Positions 47,614 to 56,925 of a DNA stretch of 64,000 nucleotides are shown piece after piece. The first letter of the stretch is position 1; each line of letters opens with the position of its first letter. Below the pieces are notes generated by a model that was given only the letters and a program-made list of their open reading frames with translations, did no database searches and was not told the DNA's origin. The stretch is from an uncultured candidate division Zixibacteria bacterium (GTDB lineage: Bacteria > Zixibacteria > MSB-5A5 > GN15 > FEB-12). The stretch lies in assembly GCA_963735035.1 (NCBI GenBank), contig CAVTJJ010000006.1, positions 128,001 through 192,000 on the forward strand, written 5' to 3'. Made by a program: the position numbers and the translations under genes.

Positions 47614-49058
47614 GCGGTCTCCTCTCGCGGCAGAACCAGAGTTACTGTGGTGCCTTGCCCCGGTTGTGATTCCACCTTTAGCTGACCACCCAGCTCCGCC
47701 ATAGATCTTTCGACGATTGCCAGTCCCAGGCCGTTTCCCTTGGCCTTGGTGGTAAAATAGGGAAGTCGGGCCGATGCGAGTGTGGTGGCATCCATTCCAG
47801 GCCCGGAATCAGCCACCGAAATTTCGACTGTCTGGTCTTCGACCGTGAGTGCGACTGTCAGGCTGTCGCCTTCGCGGCATGCGTCGATAGCATTCTGTAG
47901 CAGGTTGTGGAGCGCTTCCCGAATATAGGCGGAATCCGAGGTTGTCATAACCGCCTGCTCGGGCAGTTGCGCCGAGAAGCGAAGCGATTTCACTTTCTCG
48001 ACATACAATTCTAGAGTTGAAACTGTCAATGCCCGAAGATCGAATTCTTCCAGTCGGGGGGGAGGCAGTTTGGCTAGTGCGGAAAATCGTTCAGCCAGAA
48101 CGGTAAGGTGCTGGACTTCATCGCTGGCCGCTTTCAGAGGTTCTTTAACCTGCTCCCATAGCGGAGTATTTGATAGCTGATGCTCGATGCGATAGAGCGA
48201 CACGAGGATCGGCTGAAGTGGATTCTTTAGTTCATGGGCGAATCGTCGCGCTACGTGCCGCCAGGCAGCCACGCGCTCGGTCTGGGCGAGCCGGGCCGTG
48301 GTCTGATCCAAGTGTGCGGCCATGAAATTGAAACTGGCCACCAGTGCGCCCAACTCATCCGTGGCAGCGGTAGTGACATGTTGTGAGAAGTCCCCGGAAG
48401 CAATCTTCTCGGCCGCTCGGCTCAATGCTGAGACCGGTTCGGCCAAATGCCGGGAGACGCGCGAAGAGAAGAGATACGCGGCGACTATCGCCACCATCGT
48501 TACGGTCAGAAAGAGCACGCCCAGAAAGACGACGTATTTCGATCTCAATTCTTTTTCGGCCGAACGGGTCGCGGAACTTGTCCTGGCGGTTTCGATCATC
48601 TTTACAAAAGTGGAGTCGTGTAATACCCCGCCGATCAGAATTACTCCGGAAGGCAATTGTCGGGTCGCAAATTGACTAAACCCTCCGTCGGTTGGCACCA
48701 ACCCGCGCTGTTGTCCACGACTTACGGCCAGTTTGACTTCATCAATTGCTATAGAAGACAGAACCCCAACTGTCGATTTCACACTTCCGCCCGCAGAATC
48801 GAGCCGGATTAGGAAATCCAGTGAAGCCGTAAGAGCCGAGGTGTCGCCGTTGTATCCGGTAAGCGTCTTTTCGATGTCGTCATAGACCCGATCAATAAAG
48901 TAGTTCTGGATCTCCTCCGAGGAACCTTGCTGCAGCCGTTCAGCGGCAGGTCCGGTATCGATGGCCAGGTAATACCCCAGGACGGTCAGAATGACCGACG
49001 GAACCGCTGCGAACAAGAGCAGCAGTCGAAAGACTCGGGATCGAAACGTTGCAGACAT
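47595..49058 (-). CDS. Membrane HAMP sensor histidine kinase (NtrY-like)
   Basis: 2 TM, HAMP (DELG.L..SFN.M), AAW..VARR.AHELKNPL.PI, FTTK..G.GLGL. Confidence 0.92.
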   Translation of the reverse strand: MSATFRSRVFRLLLLFAAVPSVILTVLGYYLAIDTGPAAERLQQGSSEEIQNYFIDRVYDDIEKTLTGYNGDTSALTASLDFLIRLDSAGGSVKSTVGVLSSIAIDEVKLAVSRGQQRGLVPTDGGFSQFATRQLPSGVILIGGVLHDSTFVKMIETARTSSATRSAEKELRSKYVVFLGVLFLTVTMVAIVAAYLFSSRVSRHLAEPVSALSRAAEKIASGDFSQHVTTAATDELGALVASFNFMAAHLDQTTARLAQTERVAAWRHVARRFAHELKNPLQPILVSLYRIEHQLSNTPLWEQVKEPLKAASDEVQHLTVLAERFSALAKLPPPRLEEFDLRALTVSTLELYVEKVKSLRFSAQLPEQAVMTTSDSAYIREALHNLLQNAIDACREGDSLTVALTVEDQTVEISVADSGPGMDATTLASARLPYFTTKAKGNGLGLAIVERSMAELGGQLKVESQPGQGTTVTLVLPREETACRPKS

Positions 49059-49066
49059 TTATTCTG

Positions 49067-49636
49067 TCAGGTGCGATTGCGAATACGTTGCTGATAGTCG
49101 GCCAGAGCCTGCACGTGGGCAGCAAAAGCTATCTGCTCCGGCAGGTGGTCGAAGGGGAACCAGCGAACTTCGAGGGCATCGTCCCCAGCCTTCATCTCCC
49201 CGCCGACAATATCTCCCAAATAAAGCATCAGGATGGCGTTTGAGCGGGGATCATCCTGGCCGCTGTAGACTTCGAAGAATGAATTGAGCCGGACTTTCAG
49301 GCCGGTTTCCTCTTCGAGTTCGCGGACGGCGGTCTGGCTGGGATGTTCGTTCCACTCCATAAATCCGGCGGGAATACACCACCAGCCGATTCGAGGTGGG
49401 TGGCCGCGCTTGACGAGAAGGATGCTGTCGTTTTCGACCAGTATCACGCCGGCGGCCGGGATCGGGTTCTGATAGAACACGTAACCACAGTTGTCGTCGC
49501 CGCAGTACATCCTCCGGCGGCCTTCAAGTTCGCCTTCCAGAAGCGGGCGGCCACACAGGGGACAGTACTTGAATCCGCAATGTCTGTTCTTGCGTTCGAA
49601 CAGTTGCGCCTCATCGAAGCGTTCATGCTTATCCGA
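49067..49636 (-). CDS. NUDIX hydrolase with N-terminal zinc ribbon
   Basis: CPLCG..C...CG..FYQNP; GFME.NE....A.REL.EETG Nudix box. Confidence 0.9.
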   Translation of the reverse strand, partial: SDKHERFDEAQLFERKNRHCGFKYCPLCGRPLLEGELEGRRRMYCGDDNCGYVFYQNPIPAAGVILVENDSILLVKRGHPPRIGWWCIPAGFMEWNEHPSQTAVRELEEETGLKVRLNSFFEVYSGQDDPRSNAILMLYLGDIVGGEMKAGDDALEVRWFPFDHLPEQIAFAAHVQALADYQQRIRNRT

Positions 49637-51893
49637 CATGGGCCGCGCCTCCATTGGTCATCTTCATGGTAATTATGGTGGTGTCATCCTGAGGGGGACT
49701 GGAAGGGTCATGGCGACGTACGTCGGCCAGGATTTCATCCAGGAGCTCCTGAGGGGCCAGATGACGCTGATTCACGAGGAACTGTCGGATACGCCCCTCG
49801 CCGTACTCAACCCCTTCGGCGTCCATGGCTTCCGATAGACCATCGGTAAAGAAGAACAGCAAATCGTTGGGGTTGAGATTCACCGAGGCCGATTCATATT
49901 CGATATCCGGGAAGGCGCCGATGACCGGTCCGCCGACATCCAGTAACTCCACCCGGCCGTCTGACCGGACCAGCAGCGGATAGTTGTGGCCTGCATTAGC
50001 GTAGTGCAGCACGCAGGTACTGATATCCAGTTCAGCATAGAACAGAGTGGCGTACTTTTCCGACGACGTGGACATGACCATCTGTTGGTTCATATTCTTG
50101 AGCACGATCTCGATCGTGTTGCCGTTGTTGACTTCGCTGCGAAGGATAGCCTGAATTTGAGCGACCATCAGAGCGGCCGGCATGCCTTTGCCTGACGCAT
50201 CGGCGATGACTATCCCAAGACGATTCTTTTCTCGAATCGTAATGAAATCGTAGAAGTCTCCTCCCACCGTGCGCGATGGGGTCGAGCTGGCGGCTATGAT
50301 CGAGAGGTGGCATTCGGGCGGTCGGGACGGCAGCAGGTCGAGCTGAATCTGCCGCGCCATGTTTACTTCTTCTTCAAGTCGCATCCGCTCCAGCGAGTCG
50401 GCGTAAAGACGCGCCGTAGTCAGGGCGGTTACCATCTGATTGGAAAGAACCCCCAGCAGATTGAAGTCCTCGGCGGTGTAATGATAGCCGGCCGATTTGG
50501 ACGACAGGGCCAGAAAGCCTAGCATGTGCTGGGCGTCCTTGAGCGGCACGACTACGCGGGTGCCCTGTTCGTTGAGGATCTCAGCCAGTCGGGAATCCTC
50601 CTGATACGCCGAAAGCGAAGTGAATCGGGTGGGGGTATCCAGCAGGTTGATGCCCCGAAGCATCAGGTCCTGGCGGTCGATGACGGTCCTTCGTGGGTAG
50701 TCATCGCTCTTGAGCACGGCATATTCGCCCACGCTGTCGTCGAATAGCACGAAATATACCCGATCGACCAATAGGGATGTCTTCAGGATTTCTTCAATCG
50801 ACCGGCGAAGTTGGACCGGTTCGAAATTCGTAATCACATGGCGGGAGAATCGCTCCATGATGTTTCGATAGTCGGTACGGGTGCGCATGAACATCGAGCG
50901 GATGACGTTGTCGATCCAGTTGCTTATGGGTTGGAACACCAGCAACATCATCACTATGAGCAGATAACCGACAACTTCCGCCTGAGCCCCAAACGCCGGC
51001 GCCAAAAGGTCTTTGCTGTTCATGCCGAGGAGAACGTAAAGCCCCACCAGGACCGACGACACCATGGTGTTGATCAGGGACTGGCGGAAGAAAAGCTGAA
51101 CGTTCAGGAACTGGTGGCGAATGATTGCATTCACGATGAAGCCGCCGCCCACGACTATCGCGGCGATGGTCATGTAGGTTCCGGCAGCGATCACCCATGG
51201 GGCCTGGCCAAAGGTCCAGGCCAGGAAAGCGAGCGTGTAGAGTCCCAGACCAAGACGCATACCCCAAATGACCAGACGGGTTTGATCCTGGAGCCGGGGA
51301 TTGGTCAAATAGCGTCGACCGGTTTCGAAGAAATAGATCGCACCCATAACGTAGCATAGGTTGATCAGGCCAAAGATGACTTGATCATGGTTTCGCACAT
51401 AGGCCACCATGAGCATCATCTGCTGGAACACCCAGGCCACCGGCTTGAGTATGGTGCCGATCAAAGATGTACCACTGGCGGTTTCAATCATCGTATTGAG
51501 GAGACCGACCAGACGTTGGTACATCAATATGAGGGCGAGATGTACTAGCTGCGGGAGCAGCACTATATAACGGACCCCGGTGTGGCGGAAGCGATGCAGC
51601 CGATCTTCCGGAAACAGCCAGGAGAAAATCAGCAGCGAGGGGAAGAAGAATTCCCAGACATGATACAGGCTGTAGAAAGTCGTGTCGCGAAACGCGCCCG
51701 GATTGGCGGCGGTGGTGTCGATGACATAGCCGATAGCCAGCGCCAGGGGGCCGATCCCCGCAAAGAACAACGCTCCGCCGGCCGCCCGGTTGGCCAATGA
51801 GGCAAAATTATCACGCGTGATGGTAATGGCCATGAAGACCAGAAAACCACCAGTCAGAAAGAATATGAGGGTGTGCACCAATTCGAGCTGCAT
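49629..51893 (-). CDS. Multi-TM GAF + PP2C/SpoIIE phosphatase (RsbU-like)
   Basis: About 9 TM, GAF, AR.IQ..LLP, GGDFYD, ADASGKG.PAAL, NAGH, FTDG, DD.T. Confidence 0.9.
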   Translation of the reverse strand: MQLELVHTLIFFLTGGFLVFMAITITRDNFASLANRAAGGALFFAGIGPLALAIGYVIDTTAANPGAFRDTTFYSLYHVWEFFFPSLLIFSWLFPEDRLHRFRHTGVRYIVLLPQLVHLALILMYQRLVGLLNTMIETASGTSLIGTILKPVAWVFQQMMLMVAYVRNHDQVIFGLINLCYVMGAIYFFETGRRYLTNPRLQDQTRLVIWGMRLGLGLYTLAFLAWTFGQAPWVIAAGTYMTIAAIVVGGGFIVNAIIRHQFLNVQLFFRQSLINTMVSSVLVGLYVLLGMNSKDLLAPAFGAQAEVVGYLLIVMMLLVFQPISNWIDNVIRSMFMRTRTDYRNIMERFSRHVITNFEPVQLRRSIEEILKTSLLVDRVYFVLFDDSVGEYAVLKSDDYPRRTVIDRQDLMLRGINLLDTPTRFTSLSAYQEDSRLAEILNEQGTRVVVPLKDAQHMLGFLALSSKSAGYHYTAEDFNLLGVLSNQMVTALTTARLYADSLERMRLEEEVNMARQIQLDLLPSRPPECHLSIIAASSTPSRTVGGDFYDFITIREKNRLGIVIADASGKGMPAALMVAQIQAILRSEVNNGNTIEIVLKNMNQQMVMSTSSEKYATLFYAELDISTCVLHYANAGHNYPLLVRSDGRVELLDVGGPVIGAFPDIEYESASVNLNPNDLLFFFTDGLSEAMDAEGVEYGEGRIRQFLVNQRHLAPQELLDEILADVRRHDPSSPPQDDTTIITMKMTNGGAAHVG

Positions 51894-51922
51894 CGCAATT
51901 TCGCCGCGTTGCGTGTCTGTTA

Positions 51923-52342
51923 TCAGACCGTCTTGGTGATAGCCACCGTCGTACCGTTTGCGGTGGCCTGAACGTCAACTTTGTCCATCAACGACCGCAC
52001 GATAAACAGCCCGCGTCCGACCTCGTGAAGCAGGTTTTCATCGTCCAGGGGGCTGGGGACATGGGACGGGTCGAATCCGCCCCCTTCGTCGGTGACACTG
52101 ACCGTGACCTCGCCACGGGCTTTCTTGATACGGACGGTCACCATCTTTTCGCCGGAGGATTTATTGCCGTGGACGATGGCATTATTAACCAGTTCCGACA
52201 CGGAAATGGCAATGTCCGCCACGGCCGACTCGTCGACTCCAAAACCTCGCAGGGTGCCTTCGAGGAAAACGTCGACGTCCGGCACGAATTCAGGATTGGA
52301 GGGGACCTTGATCGTGTCCCCTTTAATGATAGGTTTTGCCAT
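51923..52342 (-). CDS. Anti-sigma factor / Ser kinase (RsbW-like)
   Basis: SELVNNAIVHGN, DEG.GFD, GRGLFIV..LMD. Confidence 0.9.
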   Translation of the reverse strand: MAKPIIKGDTIKVPSNPEFVPDVDVFLEGTLRGFGVDESAVADIAISVSELVNNAIVHGNKSSGEKMVTVRIKKARGEVTVSVTDEGGGFDPSHVPSPLDDENLLHEVGRGLFIVRSLMDKVDVQATANGTTVAITKTV

Positions 52343-52356
52343 GATGCTGTGACTCC

Positions 52357-52390
52357 AAAAAAAACAGGCAGACACGCTTGCGTCTACCTG
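52357..52390 (-). terminator. Intrinsic terminator between rsbV-like and rsbW-like genes
   Basis: CAGGTAGAC-gcaagcgt-GTCTGCCTG-T8 on the minus strand. Confidence 0.75.
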
Positions 52391-52425
52391 CCGTTGAGAG
52401 TTCTTAGGTCAAGGGCGTGGCATTT

Positions 52426-52764
52426 CTACTTGAAGCTCTTGACGGCGCTGTCCACGCTGTCGTGGGCGTCAAATACCGAGACCAGCTTGGTAATCGTCAG
52501 CAGGGACTGGATTTTGTCCGTGACGTTGGCCAGCTTCAGCTCGCCGCTGTGATTCCGCAGGGTGGTATAGCTGGAGATCAGAATGCCCAGCCCGGTAGAG
52601 TTCATCCATTCCACGCCGGCGAGATCGATGACGATCTGTTTCTTGTTGTTCTCGATCAACTCGTAGAGTTTATCGTGCAAGAGGCTGGCGTCGGGGCCGC
52701 CCATGATCTTGCCTCTGGGTTCGAGAATGACGACGTTGTTGATTTCCCGATCGGTCAGTTTCAT
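52426..52764 (-). CDS. Anti-sigma factor antagonist (STAS, RsbV-like)
   Basis: IDL..V.WMNSTGLG.L, L.ITKL..VF; GGAGG RBS. Confidence 0.92.
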   Translation of the reverse strand: MKLTDREINNVVILEPRGKIMGGPDASLLHDKLYELIENNKKQIVIDLAGVEWMNSTGLGILISSYTTLRNHSGELKLANVTDKIQSLLTITKLVSVFDAHDSVDSAVKSFK

Positions 52765-53040
52765 AAGCGCAAGCCTCCGTTCATGAGGTATTTTACGCAA
52801 TCCCGGCGCTACATGTTTCCTTTCCGGGATAAACGACGGCTACCGGCCAATTCGGCTAAGTTCTTAATCAGACGCAAATTGTGGGTCAAGTCAAGGCCTT
52901 TTTGTCCCGCAGGGCGGATCACCCTGCCGCGGATGCCGGCTCAGCGTGTCTGGTATGCGGCTTCTGACGACGGGAAAGCGTTTGGATAACCGGAGCCGGA
53001 CCCGTATTTTGGCAGGTCTTTGGTGGTATATGATATTTGT

Positions 53041-55710
53041 ATGGTAAGAGCAGCAGCGAATAGACACCCGGCGATCCTATTCGTAATTGTAGTATTGACC
53101 GGACTCCTGATCGACCCCGTTTCCGGTCGCACTCCCCCTGGAAAAGAGAGACCGTTGGAGGACGGGAGCGTTTCGGCCATGAACTACCCGGCCTACTGTA
53201 CGATGGAGCACAATATTGGCACCATCGTCTTAGGGGTCACCAATCACGGGAGTTTTGGTACCGGCCTGTCTCGTACCGGGGAGCGTGACTGCTTCAGTCA
53301 CTTGCGGGTTGAGTCTTGCGAGTATCCGAAAGAAAGCCGTACCAAGTACTTGTTTGCCGGTGAGCTTTGGGTTGGAGCAATAGTCGGGATAGACACTTTG
53401 GTTTCCACTGGCGATACCGAGCTCCATCCCGATCTCAGCCCGATGGGCAAGCCCAAGCACCGCTCCACTATGGATCCCACCTCCGCCGATTTCGAAAATG
53501 CCATATCCGAGCAAGACTGGGTCGCGGTCTATGCTGATACTTGTCGGCGCTGCCCGGGGATGAGTAACGATGACCGTGACAATCGCGCCCACCGCCCCCT
53601 GAATATCCTGATAAAGCAGACTTCGATGGCCTGGTCTTACGCTTATGCCGACGATTTCGTACTGTTCGACTACACCGTCACGAATATCGGGGAAGAGCGA
53701 TTGAAGAAGATGTACATTGGGGTGTATGTTGACGCCGATATTATGTCTCTGGCAGAGGAGATCGCCGGGCGTGGTTATACCGACGATCTATGCGGGTTTC
53801 GCCACAAGCAACCGGCGGCCTATCTCAAACCGCCCTGTCCGCCCGATTCGGACGTAGTAGATTTGGCCTGGACGGCCGACAACGACGGGGGGCTGATAGA
53901 CCCGGGCGTCTACCCGACTACCCCGAATGTTACGGCCACCCGGATTATTCGCACGCCAAGAGATTCGATGGACGTGTCGTTTAATTGGTGGGCCTGGTCA
54001 GGTGGGAGAGCCCCAACATTTTTTGGCCCTCAGAAGAAGGACCGTTTTCGAATTATGCAGGGAGACGGATATCCGGTTGGCGACCGCGACTACTACTACT
54101 TGATGAGTAACCGCGAATTTGACTACGATCAGGCTTACCTGGCGACCGTCAACTCTCTGGACTCGGTCTGGTCACTGCCGCCGACCAGGTGGGCGAGCAG
54201 CTGGGCCAGGGGGATGGACACCCGCTATCTACTGTCTTTCGGACCGTTTGGACTCGACCCCGGCGGTACGCTTCCGTTTACCCTCGCTTATGTAGGCGGG
54301 CGGAATTTTCACACGAGCGGAGCCAATTATCGTAATCTGCCCTATCATCCCGAGTTGTACACCGAGGGGCTGAACTTCAAGGACCTGAGCACCAACGCCA
54401 CCTGGGCCGAGTGGGTGTACGACAACCCTGGAGTCGATACCGACAGCGACGGTTACGCCGGGGAGTATACCGTCTGTAACCTGGGCGGCGATTCTACCTG
54501 GGTATGTGATACGCTGATTGATTCCACCGCCAATCCCGACACCAATTACGTTGTCTGCTGGTGGGCGTACGATCGGCCCGATACGGTCTGGCGGACGGGC
54601 GACGGGGTTCCGGACTTTCGGGGTGCGATGCCTCCTCCGGCGCCCAAGGTAAGAGTGTACCCCTCGACCGGACAGATACGAATTGCATGGAACGGGGCGC
54701 TGTCAGAGAACACGCCGGATGTGTTTACTCGACAAACTGATTTTGAAGGCTATCGGGTGTATGTTGCTCGGGACGAGCGTCCTACCAGTTTCTCAGTGGT
54801 GGCGTCGTATGACCGTGAGGACTGGAATCGTTATGTCTGGGACTACCGGACCAGGGAATTTCAACTGGTCGTGCAGCCGTTTAGTTTGGCCGAGCTGCGC
54901 TGTCTCTACGGCGACAGTTGCAACGACACCACCTGGCACCCCGACCAATATCCCCGCACGCATCCGTTGGTTGTCGATGGTGGCGCCAATGCGGAAGATC
55001 AGATCTTCTTCTTCACGCCGCAGGATTTCAATCGCTCGGTACTGGCCAACGATCCGGTGAACGCCACGACCCCGATCCGGAAGGTCTATCCCGAGGCGTT
55101 GAAACCGCCTACCGTCAATGTCGATTCGATCCGAGCCTGGTATCCCGACGGCGCTGACACAGCGTTTCTCACCGAAGACGGTTTTCTCAAATACTACGAA
55201 TACGAGTACACGCTGGAAGGTCTACTTCCCACCGTGCCCTATTGGGCGAACGTGACGGCATTCGATTTCGGTTCCCCGGTGACAGGTCTGGGAGCGATGG
55301 AGACCAGCCCGGCCACGAATCCTCAGGTAGCAATGGCCATGAATACACCGGACACGACCGGCCAGATACAGGCGAAAGTATACGTCTACCCCAATCCGTA
55401 TCTAGGGGACGTGGATTATCGCGCCGGCGGCTGGGAGGGACGGGGCATGTCGGACAAATCGGTTGATCGGACTCGTCGCATCAATTTCGCTAATCTGCCC
55501 CCCAAATGCACGATCCGAATATTCTCGCTCGACGGTGATCTGGTGCGCGAGATTGAGCACGACATACCGGCTTCCGACCCGATGTTCCAATTGGATGACT
55601 GGGACCTGATTACGCGCAATTCACAGCAGCCCGTTTCGGGGATGTATTACTGGACGGTCGAGGACGACAAGGGGAACGTTCAGATCGGCAAGCTGGTAAT
55701 TATCTTCTAG
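53041..55710 (+). CDS. Large secreted protein with C-terminal FlgD-Ig/T9SS-like domain
   Basis: Signal-like N-terminus; EYP......YLF.G.LWVGA, DGVPDF; VYVYPNPY...F.NLP..CTIRIFSLDGDLVR...WDL...SG.Y tail; start uncertain. Confidence 0.7.
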   Translation: MVRAAANRHPAILFVIVVLTGLLIDPVSGRTPPGKERPLEDGSVSAMNYPAYCTMEHNIGTIVLGVTNHGSFGTGLSRTGERDCFSHLRVESCEYPKESRTKYLFAGELWVGAIVGIDTLVSTGDTELHPDLSPMGKPKHRSTMDPTSADFENAISEQDWVAVYADTCRRCPGMSNDDRDNRAHRPLNILIKQTSMAWSYAYADDFVLFDYTVTNIGEERLKKMYIGVYVDADIMSLAEEIAGRGYTDDLCGFRHKQPAAYLKPPCPPDSDVVDLAWTADNDGGLIDPGVYPTTPNVTATRIIRTPRDSMDVSFNWWAWSGGRAPTFFGPQKKDRFRIMQGDGYPVGDRDYYYLMSNREFDYDQAYLATVNSLDSVWSLPPTRWASSWARGMDTRYLLSFGPFGLDPGGTLPFTLAYVGGRNFHTSGANYRNLPYHPELYTEGLNFKDLSTNATWAEWVYDNPGVDTDSDGYAGEYTVCNLGGDSTWVCDTLIDSTANPDTNYVVCWWAYDRPDTVWRTGDGVPDFRGAMPPPAPKVRVYPSTGQIRIAWNGALSENTPDVFTRQTDFEGYRVYVARDERPTSFSVVASYDREDWNRYVWDYRTREFQLVVQPFSLAELRCLYGDSCNDTTWHPDQYPRTHPLVVDGGANAEDQIFFFTPQDFNRSVLANDPVNATTPIRKVYPEALKPPTVNVDSIRAWYPDGADTAFLTEDGFLKYYEYEYTLEGLLPTVPYWANVTAFDFGSPVTGLGAMETSPATNPQVAMAMNTPDTTGQIQAKVYVYPNPYLGDVDYRAGGWEGRGMSDKSVDRTRRINFANLPPKCTIRIFSLDGDLVREIEHDIPASDPMFQLDDWDLITRNSQQPVSGMYYWTVEDDKGNVQIGKLVIIF

Positions 55711-55713
55711 TCT

Positions 55714-56145
55714 CTACGCCGTCTCACGCTTCAGCACGATCGGTTCATATCTCAGCGCTTTGGTGGGGCAGAAGTGCGCACAGACCGGGTCGCCCTGACA
55801 CAGATCGCATTTGACCACCAGGTTGTTGAGGCTGTCCAGCAGCGAACAACCGAACGGACAGGCGGCAACGCAGGCCATGCAGCGGACACAGATTTCCGCG
55901 TCGAGGTCCATCGCGCCGGTCTCCGGATTGCGCGTGATAGCGTTTACGAGGCAGGACTTGGCGCAGGCGGGGTCATCGCACTGCAGACAGGTGACCGGCA
56001 CCCATAGATCGGGCATCCCGGTCGCCAGTGGGTATATCCGACTCCGGCCTGGCTTATTATTCACCGTATGAGTGAAAGAACAGGCGAGCTCGCAGGTGCG
56101 GCAGCCGGTACACAGTATCGGATTGACGTAGAATCTTGATTTCAT
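55714..56145 (-). CDS. 4x[4Fe-4S] electron-transfer subunit (DmsB/CooF/AOR small-subunit-like)
   Basis: CTGCRTCELAC, CLQCDDPAC...C, CVRCMACVAACP, KCDLC....CAHFCP. Confidence 0.9.
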   Translation of the reverse strand: MKSRFYVNPILCTGCRTCELACSFTHTVNNKPGRSRIYPLATGMPDLWVPVTCLQCDDPACAKSCLVNAITRNPETGAMDLDAEICVRCMACVAACPFGCSLLDSLNNLVVKCDLCQGDPVCAHFCPTKALRYEPIVLKRETA

Positions 56146-56918
56146 GCTTCCTCCTGGCGATCCCAAACGGCGACCTTGCCCATGGTGACGGCGGTCTCGT
56201 TCCGGTGAATCTGATCGGCGCGCTTGAAATATTCCGCCGGAATCTCCCGATTCCTGGTCAGATACTCGGCGAACGCCTTGGTAATCGTCGGCTGGCCGGT
56301 TTGCTCACAGCGAACCATCTCGAACGTCTTGCCCCAGATTTCGCGAGTGACGCTGTTGTCGGTGTACTTTATGAAATCAGTGGGGCAGACCTGGGCGCAG
56401 GCCAGACAACCCACGCAGTCTGGTGGAGCCTGCTTAAGCGGCGGGGCGATCTCCTTGCCGTGGCCTCGACCGACAGTCGATATGGCCTTGAACCCCATCG
56501 TGTCACACACCCGGGTACACAGGGCACACAGGATGCAGTCATCGCCGTCGGGGACCTCCTCGAAACTGGTCCGCGAGATGCCGTACTCGGCCGCCAGGTC
56601 CTGAACGTAGCGGGCCTTCGGAGACCGGGCGAGCTGCAGGTCGAGAATGGTCTTTCGCAGCTCTATGACCTGAGGCGTATGGGTCGAAACGATCAGCCCT
56701 TCCTCGACCGGGTAGAGACATGAAGTTACATGTTTCTTCCATCCGTCCCAGTCCGAGCGGGTGATTTCCACAGTGCAAAGGCGACAGGCGCCGAACGGTT
56801 CGACCGCCTTGTGATTGCAGGGGGCCGGAATCTTGATCCCTTCGCGGTCGATTACCGCCAGGAGCATTTCACCGTCCTGTGCCCGGACCAGTTTGCCGTT
56901 TATCGTCAGAGTGACCAT
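56142..56918 (-). CDS. Short HydA/NuoG-N-terminus-like Fe-S subunit ([2Fe-2S] + 2x[4Fe-4S]) with no catalytic domain
   Basis: C.H......GACRLC.VE...SC, CILCALC.RVC, CVGCLAC..VCP; 258 aa, no H-cluster motifs. Confidence 0.85.
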   Translation of the reverse strand: MVTLTINGKLVRAQDGEMLLAVIDREGIKIPAPCNHKAVEPFGACRLCTVEITRSDWDGWKKHVTSCLYPVEEGLIVSTHTPQVIELRKTILDLQLARSPKARYVQDLAAEYGISRTSFEEVPDGDDCILCALCTRVCDTMGFKAISTVGRGHGKEIAPPLKQAPPDCVGCLACAQVCPTDFIKYTDNSVTREIWGKTFEMVRCEQTGQPTITKAFAEYLTRNREIPAEYFKRADQIHRNETAVTMGKVAVWDRQEEA

Positions 56919-56925
56919 GAGTCTC

